Shown here one piece after another: positions 32,180 to 42,299 of a stretch of DNA of 64,000 nucleotides. Below the pieces are notes generated by a model, which saw only the letters and a list, made by a program, of their open reading frames with translations, was not told where the DNA came from and did no database searches. The DNA lies in NCBI GenBank assembly GCA_963746405.1, contig CAVVAV010000002.1, positions 628,155 to 692,154 on the forward strand. Reading direction: 5' to 3'. The stretch is from an uncultured Chloroflexia bacterium (lineage in GTDB: Bacteria > Chloroflexota > Limnocylindria > Limnocylindrales > CSP1-4). The position numbers were made by a program, and so were the translations under genes. Within the stretch, counting starts at the first letter, position 1, and each line of letters begins with the position of its first letter.

Positions 32180-33838
32180 TCAGCCCTCGAGGGCGGGCTC
32201 CTCGTACACGGGCGCGCCGTCGACGAACGTGCCGACCACCCTGGCGTCCCCGATCGGGCCGGCGCCTCGATCGAACAGGTCGCGGTCCAGCACAGCGAGA
32301 TCCGCCGCCTTGCCGACCTCGAGCGTCCCGGTCTCGGTGTCGAGGTGATTGACGTAGGCGGACCCGGCCGTGAAGGCGGCCAGCGCGTCCACGAGATCCA
32401 GCCGCTCGTCGGGCAGGAGGGGCTCGCGGACGCCGCGGCTCCCATCGGCGACGCGCTCGACTGCCAGCTCCATCTCGAGCAGCGGGTTCGGCGTGGAGAC
32501 GCTCCAGTCCGAGCCCATCGCAAGGACCGCGCCCGCCGCCCGCAGCGAGCGGAACGGGTACTGCCAGCGCCACCGGTCCCCCAGGAACGGGATCGTCAGG
32601 TTGTCCATCTGCCCTTCGTGACAGGCCCAGTAGGGCTGCGCGTTGGCCGCGACACCCAGCTTGCGGAAGCGGCCGATGTCGTCGGGATGGATCACCTGGA
32701 TGTGCGCGATGTGCGGGCGGGTGTCGGACGGGCCGTTCTGCCTGCGCGCAGCCGCCACGGCGTCGAGCGAGGCCCGGACCGCCCGATCGCCGATCGCGTG
32801 GAAATGCGCCTGGAAGCCGAGCGCATCGAGACGCGGCACCCAGCTGGCGAGCCCCAACGGGTCGATCTGGAGCAGGCCCCGATTCTCGGTCGTGCCCCCA
32901 CGGCCATCGCCATACGGCTCGAGCATGGCGCCGGTGAAGTTCTCGAGGACACCGTCCATCATGAGCTTCACGCTGATGGCCCGGTAGCGACCCATGGACG
33001 TGGCCGTCCGCCGTTCGACGAATTCCTCGATCTGGTCCTCGCCGCGGTGATGCTCCCACCACATCGCCCCGACGACCCGGGCCGTCAATTCGCCCCGCGA
33101 TGCGAGCGCCACGTAGGCGCGCTCCTCCGTCTCGGGCCGAACGATGGCGTCCTGCCAGGCGGTGATGCCCAGCGAATGCAGGTAGGCCTGGCCGATGCGC
33201 AGCGCCTCTTCGAGATCGGCCGCAGTGTCGTCCGGCTCGAAGCGGTCGACCAGCGCCATCGCGCCCTCGTGGAGCGTCCCGCTCGGGCCTCCATGGTCGT
33301 CTCGCTCGATGCGCCCGTCGGGCGGGTCGCTCGTGTCAGCCGTGACGCCGCCGATCTCGAGCGCGCGCGTGTTCACCCAGGCGCTGTGGCCGTCACGGTT
33401 CGGCAGGAAGACCGGCCGATCCGGCACGATGGCGTCGAGGTCCTCGCGGCGAGGCGTGCCGCCCGGGAAGTCGTCCATGTACCAGCCGCCGCCGCGGATC
33501 CATGCCTCGTCCGGGTGACTGCGGGCGTACTCCGCGATGACCGCGAGGTATGCCTCGCGGCCGCGCGTGTCGTGGAGCTCGCAACGCAGTCGTGCGAGCC
33601 CGCCGTGGACCGGATGCACGTGCGCGTCCTGGAAGCCCGGGGTGACCGTCCGGCCCCGCAGGTCGATAGCCCGTGTCGACGGACCCACGGTCGCGGCGAC
33701 CTCTCGGTCGGAGCCGACGGCCACGATCCGGCCGTCACGGATCGCCAAGCCGCTGGCCCAGCTCCGCGCCGCGTCCATCGTGGACACATGCCCGCCATGG
33801 AAGACGAGATCGGCTGGCTGCTCGGGCGTCGCAGTCAC
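32180..33838 (-). CDS. Amidohydrolase 3 family protein (YtcJ/NfdA-like)
   Basis: DLRGRTVTPGFQDAHVH, DGHSAWVN, HFHAIGDRA, HIAHIQ, GSDWSVS, GTLEVGKAADL. Confidence 0.92.
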   Translation of the reverse strand: MTATPEQPADLVFHGGHVSTMDAARSWASGLAIRDGRIVAVGSDREVAATVGPSTRAIDLRGRTVTPGFQDAHVHPVHGGLARLRCELHDTRGREAYLAVIAEYARSHPDEAWIRGGGWYMDDFPGGTPRREDLDAIVPDRPVFLPNRDGHSAWVNTRALEIGGVTADTSDPPDGRIERDDHGGPSGTLHEGAMALVDRFEPDDTAADLEEALRIGQAYLHSLGITAWQDAIVRPETEERAYVALASRGELTARVVGAMWWEHHRGEDQIEEFVERRTATSMGRYRAISVKLMMDGVLENFTGAMLEPYGDGRGGTTENRGLLQIDPLGLASWVPRLDALGFQAHFHAIGDRAVRASLDAVAAARRQNGPSDTRPHIAHIQVIHPDDIGRFRKLGVAANAQPYWACHEGQMDNLTIPFLGDRWRWQYPFRSLRAAGAVLAMGSDWSVSTPNPLLEMELAVERVADGSRGVREPLLPDERLDLVDALAAFTAGSAYVNHLDTETGTLEVGKAADLAVLDRDLFDRGAGPIGDARVVGTFVDGAPVYEEPALEG

Positions 33839-33966
33839 GGCGGGCCTCCGGTCAGGGATGGATGCCTGCCTGAGTCTGCCAGCGCTGTCGCAGCCGTGCC
33901 GGGACATCGCGCCCGATGCGACACGGGTGCGTCGGGTGGCCACGCGCGGCCCTACACTGCGGTGCC

Positions 33967-34515
33967 ATGACAACCGTCCACCTGCTCCATACCGGCTACA
34001 CCGGCGAGCGCACCGCCTCGACCGTCGTGCTGGTCCGCGACGGCGATGCGTTGATCGTCGTCGACCCGGGCATGGTCGCCAAGCGGTCCCTGATCCTCGA
34101 TCCGCTGGTGGCGCTCGGTGTCGCGCCCGAAGCAGTCACCCACGTCGCGCTCTCCCACCACCACCCCGACCACACGATGAACGTGGCGCTGTTCCCGAAC
34201 GCCGAGGTCGTCGATTTCTGGGCCCGCTACCGGGACGACCTGTGGCTCGACCACGACGGCGACGGCTACCATCTCGCCCCGCACACCCAGCTGTGGCTGA
34301 CCCCGGGTCACTCGGAAGAGGACATCACGCTCGTGGTCGAGGCCGACGACGGGGTGTACGCGATGACGCATCTGTGGTGGGGCGCCGACCGAACCCCCGA
34401 GATCGACCCCTACGCGTCGGACCTGGCGGCATGCGAGCGGGGGCGAGCGCGGGTCCTCGCCGCCGCCGACGTCGTCGTACCGGGCCACGGCGCGCCGTTC
34501 CGAGTTCGCGACTGA
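33967..34515 (+). CDS. MBL-fold metallo-hydrolase
   Basis: VVDPG, SHHHPDH (HxHxDH), TPGHS, VPGHG. Confidence 0.9.
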   Translation: MTTVHLLHTGYTGERTASTVVLVRDGDALIVVDPGMVAKRSLILDPLVALGVAPEAVTHVALSHHHPDHTMNVALFPNAEVVDFWARYRDDLWLDHDGDGYHLAPHTQLWLTPGHSEEDITLVVEADDGVYAMTHLWWGADRTPEIDPYASDLAACERGRARVLAAADVVVPGHGAPFRVRD

Positions 34516-34585
34516 CGGAACCGCCCGTCGTGGGACCGCGTCGAGACGCCCATCAGCCCTCCATGCCTGCGCTCCGGAGAATCCG

Positions 34586-35044
34586 ATGCTCGCCCGTTCT
34601 CTTCGTCGGCCCGTGGCCGCGCTCTGGCTCGTCGCGATCCTGTCAATCCATGTCACGGCCTGCGCCGGCCCGGCCGCGCCGTCCAGCGGGCCGACATCCG
34701 GGCCCACGAACCCCGGTGCCGGTATCGATGTCGACGCGCTGCTCGCCGCTGCAGCGGCCAACGACGGCAAGGTCGTTCGCGTCAGCGGCAACTTCCTCGC
34801 GGATGAGGGCAGCGCGCAGCTGTGCGCCCTGTTGATGGAGTCGTACCCGCCGCAGTGCGGCGGCGGGGTGCGGCTGACCGGGGAGGTCCCGGACGATACC
34901 CTCGCGGCCCTCGACACCACGACGGAGCCCGACCTCAAAAAGATGTGGTGGGGGTCCGTGACCGTCACGGGCACATTCCATGCATCTGGCGACGATGGCC
35001 GGCCGACGCTCGAGATCGAGACGATCGAGCTGCAGGAGGGCTGA
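34586..35044 (+). CDS. Hypothetical lipoprotein (possible OB-fold)
   Basis: Signal peptide with VTAC lipobox; QLCALLMESYPPQC motif. Confidence 0.7.
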   Translation: MLARSLRRPVAALWLVAILSIHVTACAGPAAPSSGPTSGPTNPGAGIDVDALLAAAAANDGKVVRVSGNFLADEGSAQLCALLMESYPPQCGGGVRLTGEVPDDTLAALDTTTEPDLKKMWWGSVTVTGTFHASGDDGRPTLEIETIELQEG

Positions 35045-35062
35045 CGTCCCGCCCTCGATCGG

Positions 35063-35806
35063 TCAGCTCGATCGACGGGCCGTGATGTTCAGGCGGACGT
35101 AGTCGATGAGTGGATCGCCGACGCCCTCGGCGACGGCATGGACGAACGCGTCGTGGTCGGCGGCCGGAAGGCGCTCCAGGTGGCCGCCGAGGACGACGGT
35201 TCGCAGGTACGACTCGAAGGGCTCGCCGGGCTCGAACCGTGTCGGCTCCTCGGTGAGCCAGCAGTCGATCTCCTCGAAGCCGGCCGTCGCGAGCCGGCGT
35301 GCCGTCGCCTCCGGTGTCTCGAAATGGACCGGGCCGAGCCAGCCGTCGCCGATCGTCGCCAGCACGCGCTGGATCGATGCGATGTTGCCCGCGCCGCCGC
35401 ACTGGGCGACGAGCCGGCCGCCGGGCCTCGTGACCGCGGCGAGGTTCGCGAAGAGGGCGTCGTGGTCCGGCACCCAGTGGAACGTCGCGGTCGAGAGGAC
35501 CGCATCGACGACGCCCTCGATCGGCAGAGGCATGCCCAGATCGGCGACCAGGTAGTCGACGCGATCGCCGAACCGGGCGAGGCGCTGGCGCGCGAGATCG
35601 ACCATCGCCGGCGACCCGTCGAGCGCCACCACCCGGCCGCGTGGCAGTCGCTCGACGAGGCGCTCCGTCACGCGCCCGGTCCCGCACCCCGCGTCGAGCA
35701 CATGTTCGTCGCCCCGCAACGGCAGGCGGTCGAGCACCTCGGAGCCCCAGCGCGTCATGGGATCGGCGACCCGGTCGTAGGTCCGGGCATCCCAGTCGCG
35801 GGCCAT
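35063..35806 (-). CDS. Class I SAM-dependent methyltransferase (trans-aconitate 2-methyltransferase-like)
   Basis: WDARTYDR, VLDAGCGTG, STATFHWVPDH, DYVRLNITAR. Confidence 0.9.
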   Translation of the reverse strand: MARDWDARTYDRVADPMTRWGSEVLDRLPLRGDEHVLDAGCGTGRVTERLVERLPRGRVVALDGSPAMVDLARQRLARFGDRVDYLVADLGMPLPIEGVVDAVLSTATFHWVPDHDALFANLAAVTRPGGRLVAQCGGAGNIASIQRVLATIGDGWLGPVHFETPEATARRLATAGFEEIDCWLTEEPTRFEPGEPFESYLRTVVLGGHLERLPAADHDAFVHAVAEGVGDPLIDYVRLNITARRSS

Positions 35807-35826
35807 GGCCGTGCTCCGGCTTCCTG

Positions 35827-37411
35827 TCAGACGACCGCGGGGGCCCCGCCGGCCTCCGCCACTCGGGGCGACCGCTCATCGCGCAAGCCGTACCACGAGA
35901 TCGCGGCGCCCGCAGCCAGCAACGAGGCCCCGACCAGCATCGCCTGGTGGAAGGCTTCGATGGAGGCGCGCCGGGCGGCATCGACCTGTGCCGCGGTCGC
36001 GTCCTCCTCCGGCGGGTTGAGCGGGGAGAACACCTCGCGCACCTGGGGGTCGCGGACGTCCAGCCCGGGCGCGAGAGCTTCGAGCGACGAATAGAAGGTC
36101 GCGCTGATCGCGACGAAGATGACGGCCCCGAGCAGCGGCTGGCCGACCCTCGCGATGGCGTTGTTCATGGCGGACCCCAACCCAGAGAAGCGCTCCGGGA
36201 TCGAGCCCATCAGGGTGGTCGTGAGCGGGGCGACGATGCACGAGATGCCGAGCCCGAAGAGCAGGACCGACGGCAGGACGTCGATGACGAAATCCCGTGG
36301 CGGGATCAGCGACGCGGGGTCTTGCACGGAGGCCAGCCACGGGTCGGAGTCGACCGGTATCCGCGCGAACCAGAGGAGACCGGCCGCCATGAGCAGGGGT
36401 CCGACGACGAGGAACGGGCGTGCACCGATCCGACCGGCGACGGTCCCGACGCGAGTCGAGAGGAGCGTCAGGCAGATCCCGACGGGCAGTCCGGACGCTC
36501 CGGCAGCAAGCGCGGTGTACCCCAGCACGTTCTGGAACAGGATGCCCTGGTAGCTGAACGTGACGTACAGCGCGCCGTAGATGAAGAACGTCGCCAGGTT
36601 GATCGTCGTGAACGCGCGCGAGCGGAACAGCGACAGGGGCACGAGCGGGTCGCGGCGAGTGGCCATCAGGATCGGGAAGGCCGACCAGGGACAGCCCCCC
36701 GACGGCGATCGACGCCCACGACACGGGGTCCTGCCAATCGTGTTCGCCGCCACGAACGAGCCCGAACGACAGGCCGCCCACGGCCATCGCCGCCACGGCC
36801 GATCCGAGCCAATCGAACCGTTGGGAGGAACGGGTGTCGCGTGACTCCACCACATGCCGCACGACGACCCACAGCGCGATCGCGAGGACCGGGACGTTGA
36901 TCAGGAACGCGACCCGCCAGCCGATCGTGTCGACCAACAGCCCACCGGCAAGCGGTCCGACCAGCACCAGCCCGGAGGTCGCGGCGGCCCAGAGACCGAA
37001 GGCGCGCCCGCGCTCCGGCCCGCTCTCGAAGGTCTGGGTGATGATCGACAACGCTCCGGGCACGAGCAGGGCGCCGGCCGCGCCCTGCAGCAGCCGGAAG
37101 ATGACGAGCCATTCGAGGGTGGGCGCGAGCCCGCACAGCGCCGACGTCGCCGCGAAGCTCGCAAGGCCGAGGGCGTAGACGCGCCGACGCCCGTAGCGGT
37201 CGGACAGGGCGCCGGCCAGGATCAGCAGTGCGGCGAGGACCGCGAGGTAGCCGCTCACGACGTAGGTCTGGCCCTCGAGGACCCCGAACACCGACGAGGG
37301 CAGCTCCCGCCCGATCCTCGGCAGCGCCACGTTCACGATCGTGCCGTCCAGGAAGACCGACCCCGACCCGATGATCGTCGCGAGGAGGGTCCAGCGCTGG
37401 CGTGTCGTCAT
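35827..37411 (-). CDS. MFS transporter, DHA2 (14-TM) type; one-base frameshift near 36681 as assembled
   Basis: FLDGTIVNVALP, GALSDRYGRRR, WRVAFLINVP in one frame and DPLVPLSLFRSRAF...SAMNNAIARVG in another. Removing one base restores GGLSLV-AFPILM. Confidence 0.85.
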
Positions 37412-37442
37412 GCTCGCAGTCTCGCAGATAGACTCTCGCGGT

Positions 37443-38150
37443 ATGCCCGGACCCGTGGTGCTCGTAGGCGCCGGTGAGTTCCTCCCGGCCATGGCCGAGA
37501 TCGATGCGGGTCTGCTGGCATCGACCGGTGTGGCACGGCCGCGTGTGGCCGTCCTGCCGACGGCGTCATTCCCCGACGGCGAGGACGTCTTCCAGCGCTG
37601 GGCGGCGATGGGCGCGGCGCACTTCGCCGGCCTGGGGGCGGAGGTGGAGCCCCTGCTCGTCCGGGATCGCGCCGGGGCGGACGACCCGGCAGCCGCGCAA
37701 GCGGTCGGCGAGGCCGACCTCATCTACCTCTCTGGCGGGAAGCCCGAGTACCTGCGGAGATCGCTCGAGGGCAGCGCCGTCGGAGCCGCCCTGCTGCGGG
37801 CGCATGAGCGTGGCGCGGTGCTGGCAGGCTGCTCGGCCGGTGCGATGATCCTGGCCGGCCACGCCTTCGATTTCCGGGTGCGGTTCGCGCCGTGGCCCTT
37901 GCGCTGGGCGCGGGGACTCGGGTTTGCGCCGGGGGTCTCGGTCGTTCCGCACTACGATGCGTGGCCTGAGTCGATGTCCGCGCTGATCGCGCTGCAGGCG
38001 CCCCGCGGATCGGTCGTGCTCGGGATCGATGAGCAGACCGCCGTCGTGGGCCGGGACGGCGCCTGGCAGGTCCACGGCACCGCGCGGGTCACGGTCTGGC
38101 GTGGGCGCCGCCGCGAACGCTTCCGCGCGGGCGAGACGTTCCGGATCTGA
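37443..38150 (+). CDS. Peptidase S51 / cyanophycinase-like (type 1 GATase-like) protein
   Basis: VAVLPTAS, IYLSGG, GCSAGAM, VVPHYD, GIDEQTA. Confidence 0.88.
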   Translation: MPGPVVLVGAGEFLPAMAEIDAGLLASTGVARPRVAVLPTASFPDGEDVFQRWAAMGAAHFAGLGAEVEPLLVRDRAGADDPAAAQAVGEADLIYLSGGKPEYLRRSLEGSAVGAALLRAHERGAVLAGCSAGAMILAGHAFDFRVRFAPWPLRWARGLGFAPGVSVVPHYDAWPESMSALIALQAPRGSVVLGIDEQTAVVGRDGAWQVHGTARVTVWRGRRRERFRAGETFRI

Positions 38151-38187
38151 CGACTTGGCCCGCCCGCGCCATCAACGTGGCGCGCCG

Positions 38188-38526
38188 TCAGTCGGGGCGG
38201 ACTGTCCGAAAGCAATCCGAGCAATAGACCGGGCGGTCCATGCGCGGCTTGAAGGGCACCTGGGCCTGGTTCCCGCATGATGAGCAGACCACCGCGAAGT
38301 ACTCGCGGTTCGGGCGATCATCGCCGCGCTCGTAGCCGCGCGGGCCACCGATGTCGCGCACGTCGTACCCACCGTCTCGGGCGGCTCGCCGGCTGGCGCG
38401 GCAGCTCGTGCACCGCTTCGGGTCGCTGGAGAACCCCTTCTGGACGTAGTACTCCTGGTCCGCGGCCGAGTGGATGAATTCCACGCCACAGTCCACGCAG
38501 TTCAGGGTCCGATCGACGTAGGTCAC
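38188..38526 (-). CDS. Double zinc-ribbon protein (zf-trcl plus CxxC-x17-CxxC)
   Basis: DRTLNCVDCG.EF...EYYVQKGF..PKRCTSCR and CSSCG...VPFKP...PVYCSDCF; SD GGAGGAG. Confidence 0.9.
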   Translation of the reverse strand: MTYVDRTLNCVDCGVEFIHSAADQEYYVQKGFSSDPKRCTSCRASRRAARDGGYDVRDIGGPRGYERGDDRPNREYFAVVCSSCGNQAQVPFKPRMDRPVYCSDCFRTVRPD

Positions 38527-38892
38527 GATGCTCCTCCGGGACGCGTTGGTCGGCGAGGTGCGCCACCGGGGCGGCCGCATCGACGGACGGGGAGGCGTGG
38601 TCTGGCGACAAAAGCCGGGCCCGCGCTGACCCAGGTGCCGATGTGGGAGTCCCTGTTTGCGGGGCGCACCGGTTCTAGTGCGGCGCAGGATACAACGGGT
38701 CGAAAATTCGGACATCGCAGGCCCGGACGGGGGTGGCGGCCGTGACAAGCGACCTGTCACAATGACCGGCGAGGATCCGGGGCGGCGAGCGGGGAGTCAT
38801 GGGGGCGCCTCGCTCGCGCCACACCCACGTAGCTTGCGCGAACCGGATCGTGATCGACCAAGACGCCGACCACGGAGGCTCTGCCCCAGCGG

Positions 38893-40086
38893 ATGCTACG
38901 GATCATCCATACCGCCGATGTCCATCTCGGAGCACGACACGACGACCTCGGCGAGCAGGCGAGTGCCCAGCGGGAGCGGCAATTCGCCGCCTTTGCCGCC
39001 GCCATCGATCTCGCGCTTGCCGAGAAGGTCGATCTCTTCCTGATCGCCGGCGACCTGTTCGACAGCAACGTGCAGCCGCGTCGCTCCGTCGAGCGCGTCG
39101 CCGAGCAGCTCAAGCGCCTGGCCGAGTCGAAGATCCGGACGGTCATCATCCCGGGCACGCACGACTGTTACGACCGTGCCTCGATCTATCGTGCCTACGA
39201 CGTCGCCGCGCTCTCGGGGAGTGGCCCCAACGACGACCTCGTGACGGTCCTCACCCCCGACCGGCCGAGCGTCCACGTCACCGCGTGTGACGCCATCGTC
39301 CACGGTCCGGTGTTCGCGACGAAGAAGGCACCGCACAGCCCGTTGCGAGACCTCGCCGGTCGACCCGGCGACGGGCCGGCCACCTGGCGGATCGGCATGG
39401 TCCACGGCTCGATCTTCATCCCGGGCAAGACCGAGCGTGACGACGTCGTGATCACCGGCGACGAGATCGCCGCGACGGGGTTCGATTACCTCGCCCTCGG
39501 CCACTGGCATTCGACGCAGCAGGGTCGTTCCGGCGGGGTCACCTATGCCTTTGCCGGAGCGCCGGAGCCGGTGGCACTGACTCAGGACCGGGCGGGCAAG
39601 GTCCTGCTCGTGGAGCTCGAGGAGATCGACGGTCGTCGCTCGATCACGGTCCAGGAACGGCAGGTCGGCGCCACCCGCTTCGAGAAGGTCGAGATCGACG
39701 CCGGGAGCGTCACCTCCCAGCCGGCACTGATCGAGAGCCTTCGCAAGAAGGGCAACCCGGATCTCGTCCTGGACGCGCGCGTCGTCGGCGTCCGGCCGGA
39801 CGAGCTCGATCTGCACCTCGACGAGATCGAGGCCGCGCTGGCCGGGTCGTTCCTGAAGGTGCGCGTCCGCGACGCGAGCCTGCCTGCCCTGACCGAAGGC
39901 GCGCTGCCGCCGCCCGACACGATCGCCGGTGCGTTCATCCGCGACCTCGAAGCGCGGATCGCCGAGCTCGAGGCCGGGGCGGTCCCCGCTGCGGGCGCGC
40001 AGGATCCCACGGCCGAGGCTGCCGAGCTGCGCGACGCCTTGCGCCTGGGCCGGCTCCTGCTGGCCGGCCACGAGGTGTCGCTGTGA
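38893..40086 (+). CDS. Mre11/SbcD-like DNA repair exonuclease (YhaO-like)
   Basis: IHTADVHLG, AGDLFD, PGTHD, HGS, DYLALGHWH. Confidence 0.92.
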   Translation: MLRIIHTADVHLGARHDDLGEQASAQRERQFAAFAAAIDLALAEKVDLFLIAGDLFDSNVQPRRSVERVAEQLKRLAESKIRTVIIPGTHDCYDRASIYRAYDVAALSGSGPNDDLVTVLTPDRPSVHVTACDAIVHGPVFATKKAPHSPLRDLAGRPGDGPATWRIGMVHGSIFIPGKTERDDVVITGDEIAATGFDYLALGHWHSTQQGRSGGVTYAFAGAPEPVALTQDRAGKVLLVELEEIDGRRSITVQERQVGATRFEKVEIDAGSVTSQPALIESLRKKGNPDLVLDARVVGVRPDELDLHLDEIEAALAGSFLKVRVRDASLPALTEGALPPPDTIAGAFIRDLEARIAELEAGAVPAAGAQDPTAEAAELRDALRLGRLLLAGHEVSL

Positions 40087-42299
40087 GGATCCGGCGGCTC
40101 CAGATCCGCGACCTGCGCCGTTATCGCGAGCTCGATATCGACCTGGCGCCCGGTGTCACGGTGGTGCGCGGGCCGAACGAGGCGGGGAAGTCGACGATCC
40201 AGCGGGCCATCGAGCTTGCGATCACCAGGCGGGTCACGAGCACCGCCGCGGACCTCGAATCCCTGCGGCCGTGGGATGCCGAGGGCGACGCCCGGACATG
40301 GATCGCGATCGAATTCGAGCAGGACGAGGAGGACGGCCGCAAGGTGACCGGGACACTCCAGAAGACCTTCGCGGGTCAGCGGGGGACGGTCAGCCTCGAG
40401 TACGACGGTCAGCCGGCGATCACCGACCCGGCCCTCGCCGACCAGGTCCTGGCCGAGCTCTCCGGCATCCCGACCGAACCGTTCTTCCGCTCGACCGCGT
40501 CGGTCCGCCATCACGAGCTCAGCGACCTCGCTCGCGACGAAAGCGCGCTGCGGGACCGGTTGCAGGCCAGCATCAGCGGCGCGGACCGGGGCACGGGAAG
40601 AGCGAAGAAGAAGCTCGAACGCGCGCTCCACGTCCTGGCGACGAAGGGCGACAAGAACCCCGGCCGCCTCAAGATCGTCGAGGACGCGGTGTCGGCGTCG
40701 GCGCAGTCGCTCGAGCAGGGTGAGCTCGCGCTCGCCCGGCTCGAACAGGACCGCGATTCGCTGTCCGGGGCGCGCGAGCGTCGCACCGCGGTCGAAACCT
40801 CCCTCGTCGAGCGACGGAGCATGCTCGAGAAGGCGCGCCAGGCAGAGCGCCTGCTCGCGGAGCGCACGGCCGCCCAGGAGCGCTATGAGCGATACCGCGA
40901 GGCGGTCGAGGTCGCAGCGGAGCTCGATGGCCTGGCCCAGACCCACCCGTCCCCGAACCCGCTCCCGGTCGTCCGCCAGAGCGTCGAGCGGCTCCGCTCG
41001 CTCGATACCCGCATCCGCGAGCTCAAGGCGGCGCTGTCCGGCGAGGTCGCGGTCCAGTTCGACGTCGCGCCCGAGCCGACATGGCGCCCCCTCTCGCGGT
41101 GGGGCATGTTGCTCGTCATGCTCGGCGTCCTCGTTGCCGGTGGGTCGTTCCTCGCGGCGACCTTCGGCGTCCTCGATCTCGGCGCCCCGCCGCTCTACCT
41201 CGGCGCGGCCATGGCCGGCATCGGGCTCATCCTCACGCTCGTCGCGTTCTGGCTCCGACGCGGGTCGCAGATGCAGGAACAGTTGCGCGACGTCGAGATC
41301 GATCGACGCCTGCGCGGTCGATCGGAGATGGAGGCGGAGCTGCGCCAGGCCGAGATCGACACCGTGCAGCAGCTGGGTGCGCTCGGCCTCGAGGACCTCG
41401 CGAGCGCCGAGGACATGCTGAGCCGCGAGGAAGCGCACGTCGGTCGGATGGACCAGCTTTCCGCGCAGCTCGAGGGACTGGTCGGCAAGGAGCCGCGCGA
41501 GACACTGGCGACGCTGCGGGACGCGTCCGCCCTCGAGATCGATCAGAAGACGAGCGCGCTCGAGCACCTCGGCCCGATCGCCAAGGAGCCGCGGGCCCGT
41601 GAGCGACTCGAAGTCGAGGTCCGCGACCAGGAAGCCAGTCTCGAGCGCGCCCGCGACGACGAGGCGAACGCCCGCGCTCGGGTCGAGGCCAACGCGGTCG
41701 ATGCCGAGGAGGTGGCGGCGGAGGCCGAGCGTCTCGCGGGCTCGCGCGAACAGCTCGAGACGCTGCGCCGGCGTCATCGGGTGCTCGAGACGACGCTGCG
41801 CTCCATCGAGCATGCCGAGGTCGCGACGATGAAGACCGCCACGCGCTACCTCGAGGGGCACATGGTCCGCGACATCGCCACGGTGACTGGCGGTCGCTAC
41901 CGTCGGATCCGGGTGGACGACAAGACCCTCGACATCGACGTGCACGCCCCCGAACGCGACGACTGGGTGCCGGTCGGCAGCCTGAGCCAGGGGACGCTCG
42001 ACCTGGTCTACCTCACCGCCCGGCTTGGGCTCGTGCGGCTGGTGACCGGCGATCGACGACCGCCGCTCGTGTTCGACGATCCGTTCGTGACGCTCGACGA
42101 CACCCGCGCGTCGCGGGCGCTGGACCTGCTCAGGCGGGTCGCATCCGACTTCCAGATCATCTACCTGACGACCTCGGATCGGTATGACAGCGTGGCCGAC
42201 GCGGTCGTCGAGCTGCCGGGACCGACCGCGGTCGACGAGGGGGTGGACGATCCCGCGCTCGCTCGGGAGGAGCCCGCGGCCACGGGAGTCGGCGCCTGA
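40083..42299 (+). CDS. Rad50/SbcC-like ATPase with coiled coil and two internal TM helices (YhaN-like)
   Basis: Walker A GPNEAGKST, signature LSQGT, Walker B PLVFDDPF; hydrophobic pair mid-protein; GTGA overlap with the exonuclease. Confidence 0.9.
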   Translation: MRIRRLQIRDLRRYRELDIDLAPGVTVVRGPNEAGKSTIQRAIELAITRRVTSTAADLESLRPWDAEGDARTWIAIEFEQDEEDGRKVTGTLQKTFAGQRGTVSLEYDGQPAITDPALADQVLAELSGIPTEPFFRSTASVRHHELSDLARDESALRDRLQASISGADRGTGRAKKKLERALHVLATKGDKNPGRLKIVEDAVSASAQSLEQGELALARLEQDRDSLSGARERRTAVETSLVERRSMLEKARQAERLLAERTAAQERYERYREAVEVAAELDGLAQTHPSPNPLPVVRQSVERLRSLDTRIRELKAALSGEVAVQFDVAPEPTWRPLSRWGMLLVMLGVLVAGGSFLAATFGVLDLGAPPLYLGAAMAGIGLILTLVAFWLRRGSQMQEQLRDVEIDRRLRGRSEMEAELRQAEIDTVQQLGALGLEDLASAEDMLSREEAHVGRMDQLSAQLEGLVGKEPRETLATLRDASALEIDQKTSALEHLGPIAKEPRARERLEVEVRDQEASLERARDDEANARARVEANAVDAEEVAAEAERLAGSREQLETLRRRHRVLETTLRSIEHAEVATMKTATRYLEGHMVRDIATVTGGRYRRIRVDDKTLDIDVHAPERDDWVPVGSLSQGTLDLVYLTARLGLVRLVTGDRRPPLVFDDPFVTLDDTRASRALDLLRRVASDFQIIYLTTSDRYDSVADAVVELPGPTAVDEGVDDPALAREEPAATGVGA

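Noticed and set aside
33860..33885. GTCTGCCAG upstream of the amidohydrolase resembling the fdh operator
   Set aside because: Only a partial match, and explainable as a CAGACT -10 box on the minus strand.
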